Below are positions 43,006-53,385 of a stretch of DNA of 64,000 nt, in pieces. The stretch comes from an uncultured Spirochaetota bacterium (GTDB taxonomy: Bacteria; Spirochaetota; UBA4802; UBA5550). The position numbers and the translations under genes were made by a program. The stretch lies in assembly GCA_963827275.1 (NCBI GenBank), contig CAWHAA010000005.1, forward strand, positions 288,001 through 352,000, in the 5' to 3' direction. Numbering within the stretch: position 1 is the first letter of the stretch; the number at the start of each line of letters is the position of its first letter. The notes beneath the pieces are model-generated. The model saw only the letters and a list, made by a program, of their open reading frames with translations, did not search any database and was not told the origin of the DNA.

Positions 43006-43383
43006 ATGAAGAAAGGGATACTGTCGATTATCATGGCGGCATGTTTCGCCACCGCGGGGTTCGCACTTATATCGGATTTTAACGGGAGATACGAGAAGGT
43101 CCCGACGTACCGTGACCCCTGGTGCGGCAGGGCAATCGAGATACGCAAGATTCGCTTCAACAAGTACCGCATCTCCTGGGACCTCATCACGGGGAAGCAG
43201 ACCGTGCTTGAGCTGGTGGGAAAATCGCAGGGGAACCTTCTCGATTTCCGCAGCAAGAAGGGCGAGGAGATGTTCGGCTATACGTACGCGCTGACAGACA
43301 ACAAGAACAGGCTGGTCGTCACGCTTACCTCTCCGCAGAAATCCATTGTCTGCGAATTCACCCGCATCAACGGGAAAAATTAG
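43006..43383 (+). CDS. exported hypothetical protein
   Basis: Signal peptide; host-like codon usage. Confidence 0.65.
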   Translation: MKKGILSIIMAACFATAGFALISDFNGRYEKVPTYRDPWCGRAIEIRKIRFNKYRISWDLITGKQTVLELVGKSQGNLLDFRSKKGEEMFGYTYALTDNKNRLVVTLTSPQKSIVCEFTRINGKN

Positions 43384-43396
43384 GCGGCGGGCATAC

Positions 43397-44302
43397 TCAG
43401 TTCCTCATGAGGCCCGCCACATGCTTCACCTGGGCCGTGAGGTTCGTTATATAAGCGTTCCGTTCCTGGAAGATCGTCCCCTTATCGTCATATTCCTGCC
43501 GCGCCATGCTCTCGATCGCTTTTTCAATGTCTCCGCCCGCCTTGTCGATAAAACCCTCGATAAGCTTCCGGTACGTGAATGTCGCCTCCCGTGACTTCAG
43601 AAGGAATCCCATCGCGTCCGGTCCGGTGAGGACCCAGCCGTGGCCGATGCAGAGCACCTCGGGCGCGAGGGCAATCATCCGATCAATCGAGGCCAGGTAG
43701 TCGGCGTAAGACGAAAGAAATTCAACCTGGGGCTCGTTCCCGTCAGCCCCCTGCGGCACGCCGGCCGCTTCGCCGGTAAACAGGACCTTCATTTCAGGGA
43801 TATAGTAGGCAAGGCAGTCCCTGGTGTGGCCGGGGACTTCGAACACGCGGCAGGTGAGCCCGCCAAGGTCGAACGCGTCCCCGTCCCTGAGAACAAGCTC
43901 GAAATCAATAGGCCGTATCGCCAGGTCCTCGTCACCGGCGATGTCCCTGAAAAGCCCGCGCTGGATCTCGCTCAGCCGGTTCATCATGGCGAGGACCGAT
44001 TCCTTTTTCAGAAGCGGTGCGATCCTTTCATGCGCTCCTATCTTCAGGCCGGGGATGTTTTTTTTCAAATAGTATGCCGCACCCAGATGGTCGTAGTGCG
44101 AATGGGTGATAAACAGGTAATCGAGCCTGGCAGGGTCGCCCAGCAGCTCTTTTACAGATGTGAAATACAGCGGGGCCATCATGTTTATGCCCCCTTCAAT
44201 CATCAGGTTTTTTTTATCGCCCCTGATAATATACGCGGGATAGGCAGGGCCGGCGATGGCGTCGATCCGTTCATGTATGGGGCCGCTCGCCAGTAATTTC
44301 AT
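43397..44302 (-). CDS. MBL-fold metallo-hydrolase
   Basis: THSHYDHLG, PGHT, GHG. Confidence 0.9.
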   Translation of the reverse strand: MKLLASGPIHERIDAIAGPAYPAYIIRGDKKNLMIEGGINMMAPLYFTSVKELLGDPARLDYLFITHSHYDHLGAAYYLKKNIPGLKIGAHERIAPLLKKESVLAMMNRLSEIQRGLFRDIAGDEDLAIRPIDFELVLRDGDAFDLGGLTCRVFEVPGHTRDCLAYYIPEMKVLFTGEAAGVPQGADGNEPQVEFLSSYADYLASIDRMIALAPEVLCIGHGWVLTGPDAMGFLLKSREATFTYRKLIEGFIDKAGGDIEKAIESMARQEYDDKGTIFQERNAYITNLTAQVKHVAGLMRN

Positions 44303-44333
44303 GATGGTTGTCCTCGGAATCAAGTAAATTCGC

Positions 44334-44629
44334 GGGTCAGAGCAACCCGTTTACCGATAACTATCGGTCAGACAAGGTGCCAGAGCAAGCCATTTCTATG
44401 TTATAGGGATAGTTATCGGTAGTTAGAGAGTCAGAGTAATCCAAGGATGGCCTATCATATTGACATTTATCGGTAAAATGTCTGATTTTGCTCTGACACT
44501 TGGCTGTCCACCATATCGAAGGGGTTTACCACCGATAGTTATCGGTTACTCTGACCCCGGAATAACAAGTCAGGAGATGCATGCTGCCGATAACTATCGG
44601 CAGCATGCCCAATTTACTCTGACCCCCGG
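44334..44629. repeat. cluster of ACCGATAACTATCGGT palindromes and CTCTGACCCC motifs
   Basis: Palindromes at 44353, 44408, 44531 and 44586, interleaved with CTCTGAC/GTCAGAG motifs. Confidence 0.8.
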
Positions 44630-44631
44630 TC

Positions 44632-46365
44632 TTACACCGCCTTCCGGCTTTTATTAAACTGTTTGAAGCTCATCACGCACACCCCGGCAGCCAGGCAGAG
44701 GAGGATGATATCGCCGGCAGAGAGCATCCAGTTCCCTTTCGGTATGTATTCTTTCACAAGAATAACAACAAGCGCCACAATGGTCGTTACCAGCATGAAC
44801 AACCCCGGTATCATGGTAAACAGGTACTTTTTGCCTTTCTTTAACAACCAGATACTGACCGTGATCAGCGAGAGCGAGGCCAGAAGCTGGTTCGCCGCGC
44901 CGAAGAGGTTCCAGAGCTGCTTGAACGCATTGAAATACGCCAGGACAAACATGAGGACAACGCAAAGAGCCGAGTTGAAAATGTAGGTGTTGAGTATTTT
45001 CGGGACCTTCTTAAAGATTACCCTCCAGAGCTCCTCGAAAAGGTAACGGTTGAGCCGCACCGCGGTGTCGAGCGTCGTGACCACGAAGCCCTCAACCATG
45101 AGAATGCCGAAGACCGTGCCGTACACGACCGGAAGGCCCACCGCCCGGTTCAACAGGCCGCCCACGCCAAGGGCAAACGCGAGGACCGGGTTCGACTTGA
45201 CCGCAACATCGGTCGGGAACACGATACCGCAGAGCTTGTCGTAGCTCAGGCCGCACCCGATGGTGATGATGACCATTATGGCGAGGAGCGCCTCCAGGGA
45301 CATCCCCCCGAAGGCAACGATCCGTGAATCGGGCTTTTCAAAGTTCACCTGCTTGGCCGTGGTGCCGCCCGCGACTAACGCGTGGAAGCCGCTGATGGCA
45401 CCGCAGGCCACCGTGATAAATAAAACGGGCCACACATACCCCAGGTGCTCGGCCCCCGCCCCAAGGTTGAACATCGGGGCTTCCACCACCGCACCCTGCA
45501 GGCCGAGGATGATGCTGCCGGTAAGCATACCGATAACCCCGCCGTACAGAAGGAAGGAGTTGGTAAAATCCCTCGGCTGGAGCACAACCCATACCGGAAC
45601 GCCTGCCGCAAATATTGTATATACGGAAAGAATTATCATCCAGAGGAAGGAATCAATTTTTATAGGAAACATCAGACCAACTTTAATCGACACGGCACAG
45701 ATTGCTATTGCCACAACAGACATGAGCCAGGGGTTGGCCTTCCGTTTATAAAGCAGATAGCCAAGAATTGGCGCGCAGCAGGTGATGACGATGACCGACG
45801 TGGATGCGATGCCGCCAATGACCGCGTAGGTGATGCCGTTTTCCACGACAGTACGGATCCCGAGATCACCGCCGCCGAAAAATTCAACCGGGTATTTCGA
45901 CGCGAGCGCCGTGGTCGTGAGGGTTAAAAATACCGAGGTGACCATTAACAGCATTATAATCGTGAAACCGATGAACAGCAAAAACCCCGTGCGACCAAGG
46001 GTCTTTTCCGCGATCTCCGCGATGGAACGCCCCTTTTCCCTCATTGACGCCAGGAGCACCGAGTAGTCATGGACAGCGCCGATAAAAATGGTGCCCAGGA
46101 CTATCCACAGCCATACCGGCGCGAAACCGAATATAAGCGCCACGCAGGGCCCGATGATGGGACCGCCGCCGGCAATTGACGCGAAGTGGTGGCCGAAAAT
46201 TACGATCTTGTGTGTCGGCACATAGTCGACGTCGTCCTTGAGCTCGACCGCCGGCGTCACATGGGAGCCGTCAACGTCAAAATTTTTTTCAATGAACCGA
46301 CCGTAGAAGATATAGCCGAGCAGTAATGCAACGATTGAAACACCGAGAACAAGAAGCAGATTCAT
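44632..46365 (-). CDS. cstA: carbon starvation protein A family transporter
   Basis: FGHHFASIAGGGPIIGP, LQPRD, ACGAISGFHAL, TTLDTAVRL. Confidence 0.93.
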   Translation of the reverse strand: MNLLLVLGVSIVALLLGYIFYGRFIEKNFDVDGSHVTPAVELKDDVDYVPTHKIVIFGHHFASIAGGGPIIGPCVALIFGFAPVWLWIVLGTIFIGAVHDYSVLLASMREKGRSIAEIAEKTLGRTGFLLFIGFTIIMLLMVTSVFLTLTTTALASKYPVEFFGGGDLGIRTVVENGITYAVIGGIASTSVIVITCCAPILGYLLYKRKANPWLMSVVAIAICAVSIKVGLMFPIKIDSFLWMIILSVYTIFAAGVPVWVVLQPRDFTNSFLLYGGVIGMLTGSIILGLQGAVVEAPMFNLGAGAEHLGYVWPVLFITVACGAISGFHALVAGGTTAKQVNFEKPDSRIVAFGGMSLEALLAIMVIITIGCGLSYDKLCGIVFPTDVAVKSNPVLAFALGVGGLLNRAVGLPVVYGTVFGILMVEGFVVTTLDTAVRLNRYLFEELWRVIFKKVPKILNTYIFNSALCVVLMFVLAYFNAFKQLWNLFGAANQLLASLSLITVSIWLLKKGKKYLFTMIPGLFMLVTTIVALVVILVKEYIPKGNWMLSAGDIILLCLAAGVCVMSFKQFNKSRKAV

Positions 46366-46479
46366 TGGGTGGCCTCCCGAAGAGGGTATTGATGATGGGT
46401 ACACTGTCGTCAAAATTAATGCGTACGTCAATAAAAAAAGACTAACAAAAATAGTGATATTTGAGCAGGGGATCGAGGA

Positions 46480-47727
46480 TTATGACGCAGATTCGATCAT
46501 TTTTATGATCGCCATGGCATTGAGGACCGCCTTGGGCACAAAAGAAGAATGCAGGGCAAATTCCTGCTCCTTGCTGCCGTCGGGTGCATGCTCGGAGCAA
46601 TGGGGATTGCCTCCCGAGGGGCCCAGGCCGTCAATGGTCGGCATGAAGTCCCAGAAATAATTTCCATCAGACAACCCCCCGCGTTTCTCCAGGTGGACGG
46701 TGAGCCCGAGAAGCCTTCCCGCCGCCTCCCAGAATGAATGCAGGCGCGATGAGCCGGAATTGTCCGGCCACGCGGGCACCCTGCGCACCAGTTCCGCCGA
46801 AGTCCGGCAGGAAAATCCGCCCACCGCACTCGATACGCTGGTATAGCCGTCCAGCGCGAGAATATCAGCAAGGGCTCTGTCGAACACGACGGGAGAAAAC
46901 GCCCGCATCTCGGCATGTGCCTCGGCAAAATGGGGCACGCGGTTTATCTGCGAACCGCCGGCGATTTTGCCCACGTTCACCGTAAGATCGTTCGCATAAT
47001 CCGTTATGGATTCGATCTTCCTGACCACGTCGGCCATCTGGACGATGGCGCTTGCGCCCTTTTTGTGGGAAACGCCGGAATGGGCTCCTTTCCCTTCCGT
47101 GGTAATCCTGATTTCCGCCCTGCCCTTCCGCGAGGTGACCACGTAATAATCCGCGCCGCGCGCGATCCCCGCCTCGAAGATAAGGCACCCGAGAGCGTCC
47201 GCGCCGAGGCGTTTTTTGCACAGCTCGCCGAAATCAACCGAATCGGTCTCTTCTGACGCGTCAAGCAGAAGCGTCCACGATACGTCATCAAATACATCCG
47301 GCGCGGCATACCGGAGCGCCTCCAGTGTCATGAGCATGACGATGGTGCCGCCCTTTATGTCCTCGGTGCCCGGGCCGTAAATGCGGTCGCCGTCGATGCG
47401 CCAGCAAAAATCATTCCGCTCCTCTTCCTCCGGGCTGAAAACAGTATCGAGGTGGGACGCACAACCGATAGTTATCGGTCCTTTCCCGGTCCGGGAAAGG
47501 ACGAGGTGGTCCCCATACAATGGATTCACAGAAGGGACCCGTTCATCGGCAAACCCCAGGTGGCGCATTGCGCCTGCCGTGTAGTCGGCAAGGCGGTTGA
47601 CTCCCCCGGGGTTCATGGTGTAGGAATTTATCCCCACCATGTCACGGAAGGTGTCCATGTAGCGGGGCATGTTTTCTTCAAGGTAGGCGCGCATGCGCAT
47701 TGCTGCCGCAGAATCAAAATACTTCAT
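46480..47727 (-). CDS. M20-family metallopeptidase
   Basis: HLDTVF, GPGTEDIKGG, SEE, GGLSDGN. Confidence 0.9.
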   Translation of the reverse strand: MKYFDSAAAMRMRAYLEENMPRYMDTFRDMVGINSYTMNPGGVNRLADYTAGAMRHLGFADERVPSVNPLYGDHLVLSRTGKGPITIGCASHLDTVFSPEEEERNDFCWRIDGDRIYGPGTEDIKGGTIVMLMTLEALRYAAPDVFDDVSWTLLLDASEETDSVDFGELCKKRLGADALGCLIFEAGIARGADYYVVTSRKGRAEIRITTEGKGAHSGVSHKKGASAIVQMADVVRKIESITDYANDLTVNVGKIAGGSQINRVPHFAEAHAEMRAFSPVVFDRALADILALDGYTSVSSAVGGFSCRTSAELVRRVPAWPDNSGSSRLHSFWEAAGRLLGLTVHLEKRGGLSDGNYFWDFMPTIDGLGPSGGNPHCSEHAPDGSKEQEFALHSSFVPKAVLNAMAIIKMIESAS

Positions 47728-47978
47728 TTTATAAAATGTTCCACCGATCAATAAAAGCTGCATATTCACATGTCCAGAAGATGTAATTTTATCAAGCATT
47801 TTACTGAAGGTGATATTTTTTTCAGGATGGTCACATTCAACTATTCAATAGTTCATAAAAATGATTAATTTTTAATCTATACGCATCGCGCTCGCCTGAT
47901 ATTTCTTGACAGATTCGAAATAGATGCGACATATTAAACAGGTCGCCGGAGCGTACTTCCCAAAAACAGGATACTGAC

Positions 47979-48806
47979 ATGAATACTGCAACCCGCGGAT
48001 TGAACCCGATACAGATTGAAGCCACCACTCTGCCGGACGCATGGTTCCAGACCGTGTACCGCTGCCTTGAGGTCGGGAGGGATTTCACGATCGACCGCGG
48101 CTCTTATGCGGGAGAAAAGCGCCTTGAGTTCGATTATATCACCGTGCATATCAAAAAGCCCGGGGAACACCCCCTCCTGCCGCAGATCCCCGGTCAATAC
48201 AACCTGCCGAACCCGGTAGCAGACGATTATCTCACTGATTATCTCCCCTACCTGATGACCGGGGAGGCAAAGCCTGGTGAATCGTACACGTACGGGCAGC
48301 GGATTTGCAAATACGAGCTCCCCTTCGGCGATGCAAAAAACTACAACGGCAGGGAATTCGAACATATCCTGATCCAGGACAGGGACGCGTGGGAGGACCG
48401 GAAAATCATTGTCGTCGAAAACGGGAAAACCTTTCTGAACCAGATGGAGCTCTGCATCTGGACCTATAAGAACAAGGGCCACCGCAACAACCAGATGGTA
48501 CTCCAGGTAGCGCATCCCACCGACATGCTCCTGCAAGACCCGCCCTGCCTGCGGCTCATCGACACGCGGATACAGGACGGCAGGCTTAACTTCATCATCT
48601 ATTTCCGTTCCTGGGACCTCTGGGGCGGCTTTCCCGCCAACCTCGCGGCCATGCAGATGATGAAAGAGTATATCGCCTCCGAGGTAGGGGTAGAAGACGG
48701 TGAAATCATCGCCGCGTCCAAGGGCCTCCACCTGTATAACTATGTCTGGGAGCTGGCCGAGTGCATACGCGGCAAATCTATCGAGGAGTTCCGGGCTGCG
48801 AAGTAG
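47979..48806 (+). CDS. thyA: thymidylate synthase (short, archaeal-like type)
   Basis: YTYGQR, DPPCLR, FRSWDL..GFPAN, HLY. Confidence 0.85.
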   Translation: MNTATRGLNPIQIEATTLPDAWFQTVYRCLEVGRDFTIDRGSYAGEKRLEFDYITVHIKKPGEHPLLPQIPGQYNLPNPVADDYLTDYLPYLMTGEAKPGESYTYGQRICKYELPFGDAKNYNGREFEHILIQDRDAWEDRKIIVVENGKTFLNQMELCIWTYKNKGHRNNQMVLQVAHPTDMLLQDPPCLRLIDTRIQDGRLNFIIYFRSWDLWGGFPANLAAMQMMKEYIASEVGVEDGEIIAASKGLHLYNYVWELAECIRGKSIEEFRAAK

Positions 48807-48989
48807 GCGATAGACGCCATCCATGGGATATTTTGTTTATTGATTGCTCTGACTCCCGGGATCTACCGATAACTATCGGTCCAATAATGATCCCCTTACT
48901 CTGACCCCAAAAATGATTTGACAGAACAGTCCAAAACAGGTCACAAACGACACGTTTAGCATGAAATTACCGTCACAAGCGAGACTGGA

Positions 48990-50375
48990 ATGGATTTTTT
49001 TCACGACATCATAAAATGGATTAACGGCTACCTCTGGGGACCGCCAATGCTGGTCATCCTCTTCGGCACCCACCTGTTTCTGACCTTCAGGCTTCGGTTC
49101 ATTCAGCGCTATATCGGCCTGGCCATACGGCTTTCATTTACCAGCGATGCGGATGGTCATGGCGATGTTCATCATTTCGGCGCCCTCGCAACGGCCCTGG
49201 CTGCCACCATCGGCACAGGCAACATAGTGGGAGTGGCCACGGCCGTGGCCCTGGGCGGCCCGGGGGCCGTCCTCTGGTGCTGGCTTACCGGCGTGTTCGG
49301 ATTCGCCACCAAGTATGGTGAGGCCGTGCTGGCGGTCAAATACCGCGTCAGGACCTCGGACGGCACAATGCTGGGCGGCCCCATGTACGCCCTTGAGCGG
49401 GGACTTGGCAAGAAATGGCTTGCCGTGCTCTTCTGCGTGTTCACCTCCATCGCCGCTTTCGGTATCGGCAACATGGTCCAGGCAAACTCCATATCGACCC
49501 TTGCCAGAGAAACGATCGGGGCGCCGCTCTGGGCCACCGGCCTGTTTACCACGATTATCACCGCGGTCGTAATCCTCGGCGGCGTAAAGTCCATCGCGAA
49601 AGTGTGCACACTGCTTGTGCCGTTTATGGCGGGGTTCTATATTATCGGCTGCCTGATCATACTCGGGATCAACCGGGAAACGCTGCTGCCCGCCCTGATC
49701 ATGATCGGGAAGTCGGCCTTTTCACCCCAGGCGGCCGGCGGCGGGTTCATCGGCGCCTCGGTGATGATGGCGGCGCGCTTCGGCATCGCCCGCGGCCTCT
49801 TCTCGAACGAGGCGGGGCTTGGTTCCGCTCCCATCGTGGCCGCGGCGGCCATCACGAAAAACCCGGTCAAGCAGGCCCTGGTCTCCGCCACCGGGACCTT
49901 CTGGGACACGGTGATTGTCTGCGCCATGACCGGCCTGGTCATCGTGTCCACCATTATGCGCTTCCCCGGCGACTTCGGGACATTAGAAGGCGCGCTCATA
50001 ACCAAGCGCGCCTTCGCGGAGATACCGGTCGTCGGCCCGATCATCCTGACGGTCGGGCTCCTGACATTTGTCTATTCAACCATACTGGGCTGGTCGTACT
50101 ACGGTGAGCGTTCCGTGGAATATCTCTTCGGCAAAAGGTCGATCGTTCCCTATCGCGTACTCTGGGTCATCGCCGTCATGGTGGGCTCGGTGGCATCGCT
50201 GCCGCTGGTATGGGACCTTGCGGACACGATGAATATGTTCATGGCACTGCCGAACCTGGTCGCGCTCATCCTGCTCAACGGTGTGATTATCGCCGAAACG
50301 AAAAAATATCTCTGGGAGGGAGACATTCACGACCCGGCAGAGGAAAGCAGCATCACCGGTACCCCATTGCCCTGA
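48990..50375 (+). CDS. alanine/glycine:cation symporter
   Basis: GTGNIVGVATA, GGPGA, RGLFSNEAGLGS. Confidence 0.93.
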   Translation: MDFFHDIIKWINGYLWGPPMLVILFGTHLFLTFRLRFIQRYIGLAIRLSFTSDADGHGDVHHFGALATALAATIGTGNIVGVATAVALGGPGAVLWCWLTGVFGFATKYGEAVLAVKYRVRTSDGTMLGGPMYALERGLGKKWLAVLFCVFTSIAAFGIGNMVQANSISTLARETIGAPLWATGLFTTIITAVVILGGVKSIAKVCTLLVPFMAGFYIIGCLIILGINRETLLPALIMIGKSAFSPQAAGGGFIGASVMMAARFGIARGLFSNEAGLGSAPIVAAAAITKNPVKQALVSATGTFWDTVIVCAMTGLVIVSTIMRFPGDFGTLEGALITKRAFAEIPVVGPIILTVGLLTFVYSTILGWSYYGERSVEYLFGKRSIVPYRVLWVIAVMVGSVASLPLVWDLADTMNMFMALPNLVALILLNGVIIAETKKYLWEGDIHDPAEESSITGTPLP

Positions 50376-51372
50376 ATTTTTTTATTATACTCTCCGCTTC
50401 ATCACGCACCCTGACGTTTTTATCAGCACGCGCCGTCTGGAGCGCCTTCATCGAATCCGGACTATGAATGCGGCCGAGAGCCCTGACCGCCTCAAGGCGC
50501 ACATCATAAAATTTATCTTTAAGAAGTACCGCGAGGCAATCGACGGAAGACGGCGCAGCAAATACGGCAATGGAGCGTGCGGCCTCAAGCCGGACCTCCT
50601 TGTACTTGTCCCGGCATGCACAGTGGAGCAGCGGCAGGCCCTCCCTGATCACTTCCTCGCCAATCTTTCTGGCGGTTTCTTTACGGACCGGCTCAAGATC
50701 ACCCATTCCCCTCAGCAGCTGAGCAAAGCGGGTATCATGAAGGACCCGGCGGGCAAGGTCCGAGTCCACGTTTGCGAGACACGCGCGCGCGGTGTCCCGC
50801 ACCTCCTCATTGCCGTCTGCAAGCAGTCCGATCAGGTAATCAACGCTCCGTTCATCGCCGATACTGCAGAGCGCATGGGCGACCTGGACGCGCATGATTG
50901 AGTGCCGGTCACGGAGACACTCGGCGATATTTTGCACCAGGTGCGCCTTTTTCGTTGCACCGGCAGCATGGACCGCCTCGTATCGCACAATATCCTTTCT
51001 ATCGACCAGGGCAAGGACGATTACCTCCATGATGGGGCCGTCAACATTCGGGCCGCGGCCGGCGATTATCTTCAACAGCTCAATCTTGTCTTTCCAGGCG
51101 CCCCTGGCAATAAGCTCAATGAGGTTCTGTGAGCGCAGGGGGGCGCCCAGCTCGGCAAACTTTAACGTGGCCACGGTCCGCACTGTTTCATCAGGGTCTT
51201 TCAGCATGGTCCTGAGCCTGGCGATTACACGCTCATCCAGACCGGGAAAATTTGCCAGCACCAGAAACGCACGACACCTGATATTCGCCTTTTTATGCTC
51301 CAGGCATTTGATCAAACCCTGGACATCATTATTCTTTTTCAATCGATCGATGTTGGGTCCGAATAGTCCCAT
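50353..51372 (-). CDS. HEAT-repeat protein
   Basis: Repeated L.D....VR..A..ALG units; GGAGG RBS. Confidence 0.85.
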   Translation of the reverse strand: MGLFGPNIDRLKKNNDVQGLIKCLEHKKANIRCRAFLVLANFPGLDERVIARLRTMLKDPDETVRTVATLKFAELGAPLRSQNLIELIARGAWKDKIELLKIIAGRGPNVDGPIMEVIVLALVDRKDIVRYEAVHAAGATKKAHLVQNIAECLRDRHSIMRVQVAHALCSIGDERSVDYLIGLLADGNEEVRDTARACLANVDSDLARRVLHDTRFAQLLRGMGDLEPVRKETARKIGEEVIREGLPLLHCACRDKYKEVRLEAARSIAVFAAPSSVDCLAVLLKDKFYDVRLEAVRALGRIHSPDSMKALQTARADKNVRVRDEAESIIKKFRAMGYR

Positions 51373-52013
51373 CACAATCCTCCATGAAAAAAACAGAATG
51401 GCGCCGAGAACGTAACGGTGCTATATAAAATATAACAATTAACTCTTAAAAATACAATAGACCGCAGCGGGAATATCCCTGATATTCTCTACATTACCGG
51501 GATTTGAAGCAATATATCAGCGCCGGAGGTCGATATATGGGTCACCTGGGTCCGAAGGAAGTCCATGTCAGGCCGGGAGTAAAAATTGATAATCTCAACG
51601 CAAGGACGCCCGGGACCGACGCGGATTACTGTCCGGGGCGCGGCGTATGCGCCATAGCCTGCCTGAAAGGCGCGCTGAAGCTTACACGTAGGACGAACCG
51701 CGTGCCCCATCCGGAAAATGTTTTTGAAAAAGTCATCCCGAGAAGTTTGGAGCAGGGCAAAGGGTGGGTAATGAAAATGTGAATACAATTACATGGCGGG
51801 AGGCATAATCGTAACGCATCCCTGCTCCGACGCATTGATATTTTTCGGCGTCCCGGATTTCAGCTTCAACTATCAGAATGGAACGTATGCACTCCCCACC
51901 ATCGACGCGCTGCTCAACGGGGTTATCACCCCGGGGCGGATCGGCTTCGGATTGGCGTCAAGCTTCAGGACCCTTGATTGGTTCCGAGGCAGTGATATGC
52001 AACCACGCCACTG

Positions 52014-52247
52014 TCAGTGGGTGCTCGCTTTTCCGGTCAGGCTTCTTTCTGCTTCAAGCCAATCTCCCATTTCGTCTCCGGGAAAATTATTTTTCACCCT
52101 TGAAAGATAATTATAATAGGCATGGAGCCTGATATCATCCTGGAAACCGGGAAAATCAAATGTTGCTTCGTTCTTTTTTTTATTACTGGTCTTGAATATG
52201 CCAGCCTTCGACATGGCCTGTTGCTGAATGTTTTTTTTCGACAACAT
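52014..52247 (-). CDS. DUF2934-like small protein
   Basis: IRLHAYYNY...GDEMGDWLEAE. Confidence 0.7.
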   Translation of the reverse strand: MLSKKNIQQQAMSKAGIFKTSNKKKNEATFDFPGFQDDIRLHAYYNYLSRVKNNFPGDEMGDWLEAERSLTGKASTH

Positions 52248-52526
52248 AATCCTCCCTCCCTTTTTTAAAATAATACATCCCGTCACATAGTACTTGAATC
52301 CCGCAAAACCTCCTGATTGGAAAAGCTGTATAAACTGGATGGACAAAAAAATAATACGATGATGTTTCTTTATGTGTTATATAATGTATATATAAATCCT
52401 TAACAGAACAACAGTTATATATAAAAAAATCTGAATTTGATGACATTTATGGGAATACATGATTGACTGATGGCTGATATTTTAGTATTTTAGCTTATAA
52501 TTATTATCAGCGAGTATACAAAGACA

Positions 52527-52712
52527 ATGCAAGCACAATGCATAAAACATCCCGACAATGAGGGGAGATATTTTTGTTCAAAATATACAATATATCTCTG
52601 CAACGAGTGCCTCTTATGCCAGGACCCCGGGGGTTACTGTAAATTCAGAACATCCTGCATCATCAATGAATTTAACAAGCATGGCAAACCACTACTCCCC
52701 ATCGATATATAA
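52527..52712 (+). CDS. small Cys-rich (zinc-finger-like) protein
   Basis: CIKHP..CSKY..CNEC..C..C..C. Confidence 0.6.
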   Translation: MQAQCIKHPDNEGRYFCSKYTIYLCNECLLCQDPGGYCKFRTSCIINEFNKHGKPLLPIDI

Positions 52713-52813
52713 ACATCGAGTGGCGAAATTTATCCTTTACCATTGAAAAATCATTTATCGAATTATCATTCCAATTCGTTAATCCTGTAATCAATTTCAA
52801 GGAAGGATTAATT

Positions 52814-53260
52814 ATGATGATTCAAACGACAATCAATATCCATAAAACAACTCTTGAAAAAATTACTCATGCCTCACTCCATTCCGGTGTTTCCCGCAAC
52901 CAGTTAATAATAAGGCTTTTAAAAAAAGAGATGAATATTGTACAAAATAATTTTAAACATGGTAAAAGAATACAATACCAGGGAAGGGACGGGGCGAAAA
53001 ACTGGCACACATTTCACCTGCAACTCAGGCCGGATGATTATGAATATTTTTTGGACTTGAGGAAGTTGTTTAAAATGTCGATTTCGCGTATTCTTGCAAT
53101 AGCGGTTGCTAAATATCTACAAGATATCAAAAACAAAATTACCGATAACTATCAATATAGAAACTACATTATAATAAAAGACATAATTGATGATGTCATA
53201 TGCTGGAAACTCCTATGGGGATTCCCCAAAACTCCGGAACTGCTATTTTCCCCCCACTAG
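52814..53260 (+). CDS. RHH-like protein resembling Leptospira DUF1564
   Basis: TTINI..SRNQLI, IQYQ, DDYEYFLDLRKLFKMSISRILA. Confidence 0.6.
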   Translation: MMIQTTINIHKTTLEKITHASLHSGVSRNQLIIRLLKKEMNIVQNNFKHGKRIQYQGRDGAKNWHTFHLQLRPDDYEYFLDLRKLFKMSISRILAIAVAKYLQDIKNKITDNYQYRNYIIIKDIIDDVICWKLLWGFPKTPELLFSPH

Positions 53261-53385
53261 CCTCTCCCGATACAACCGCCTGATAATATTTATATCACGT
53301 GAGCACAAAACTTCTTGATTAATATACCATATTCCGGGAAATTCGAGAGCTATACCTGTTCAGCGTGACACCAAGGAGGAGATAC

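Noticed and set aside
44334..44629. CRISPR array
   Set aside because: Units are short, irregularly spaced and in mixed orientation; no cas genes are present.
51504..51782. 4Fe-4S ferredoxin-like ORF (CPGRGVCAIACL)
   Set aside because: The Cys motif is degenerate and the ORF looks like a fragment; at most a remnant.
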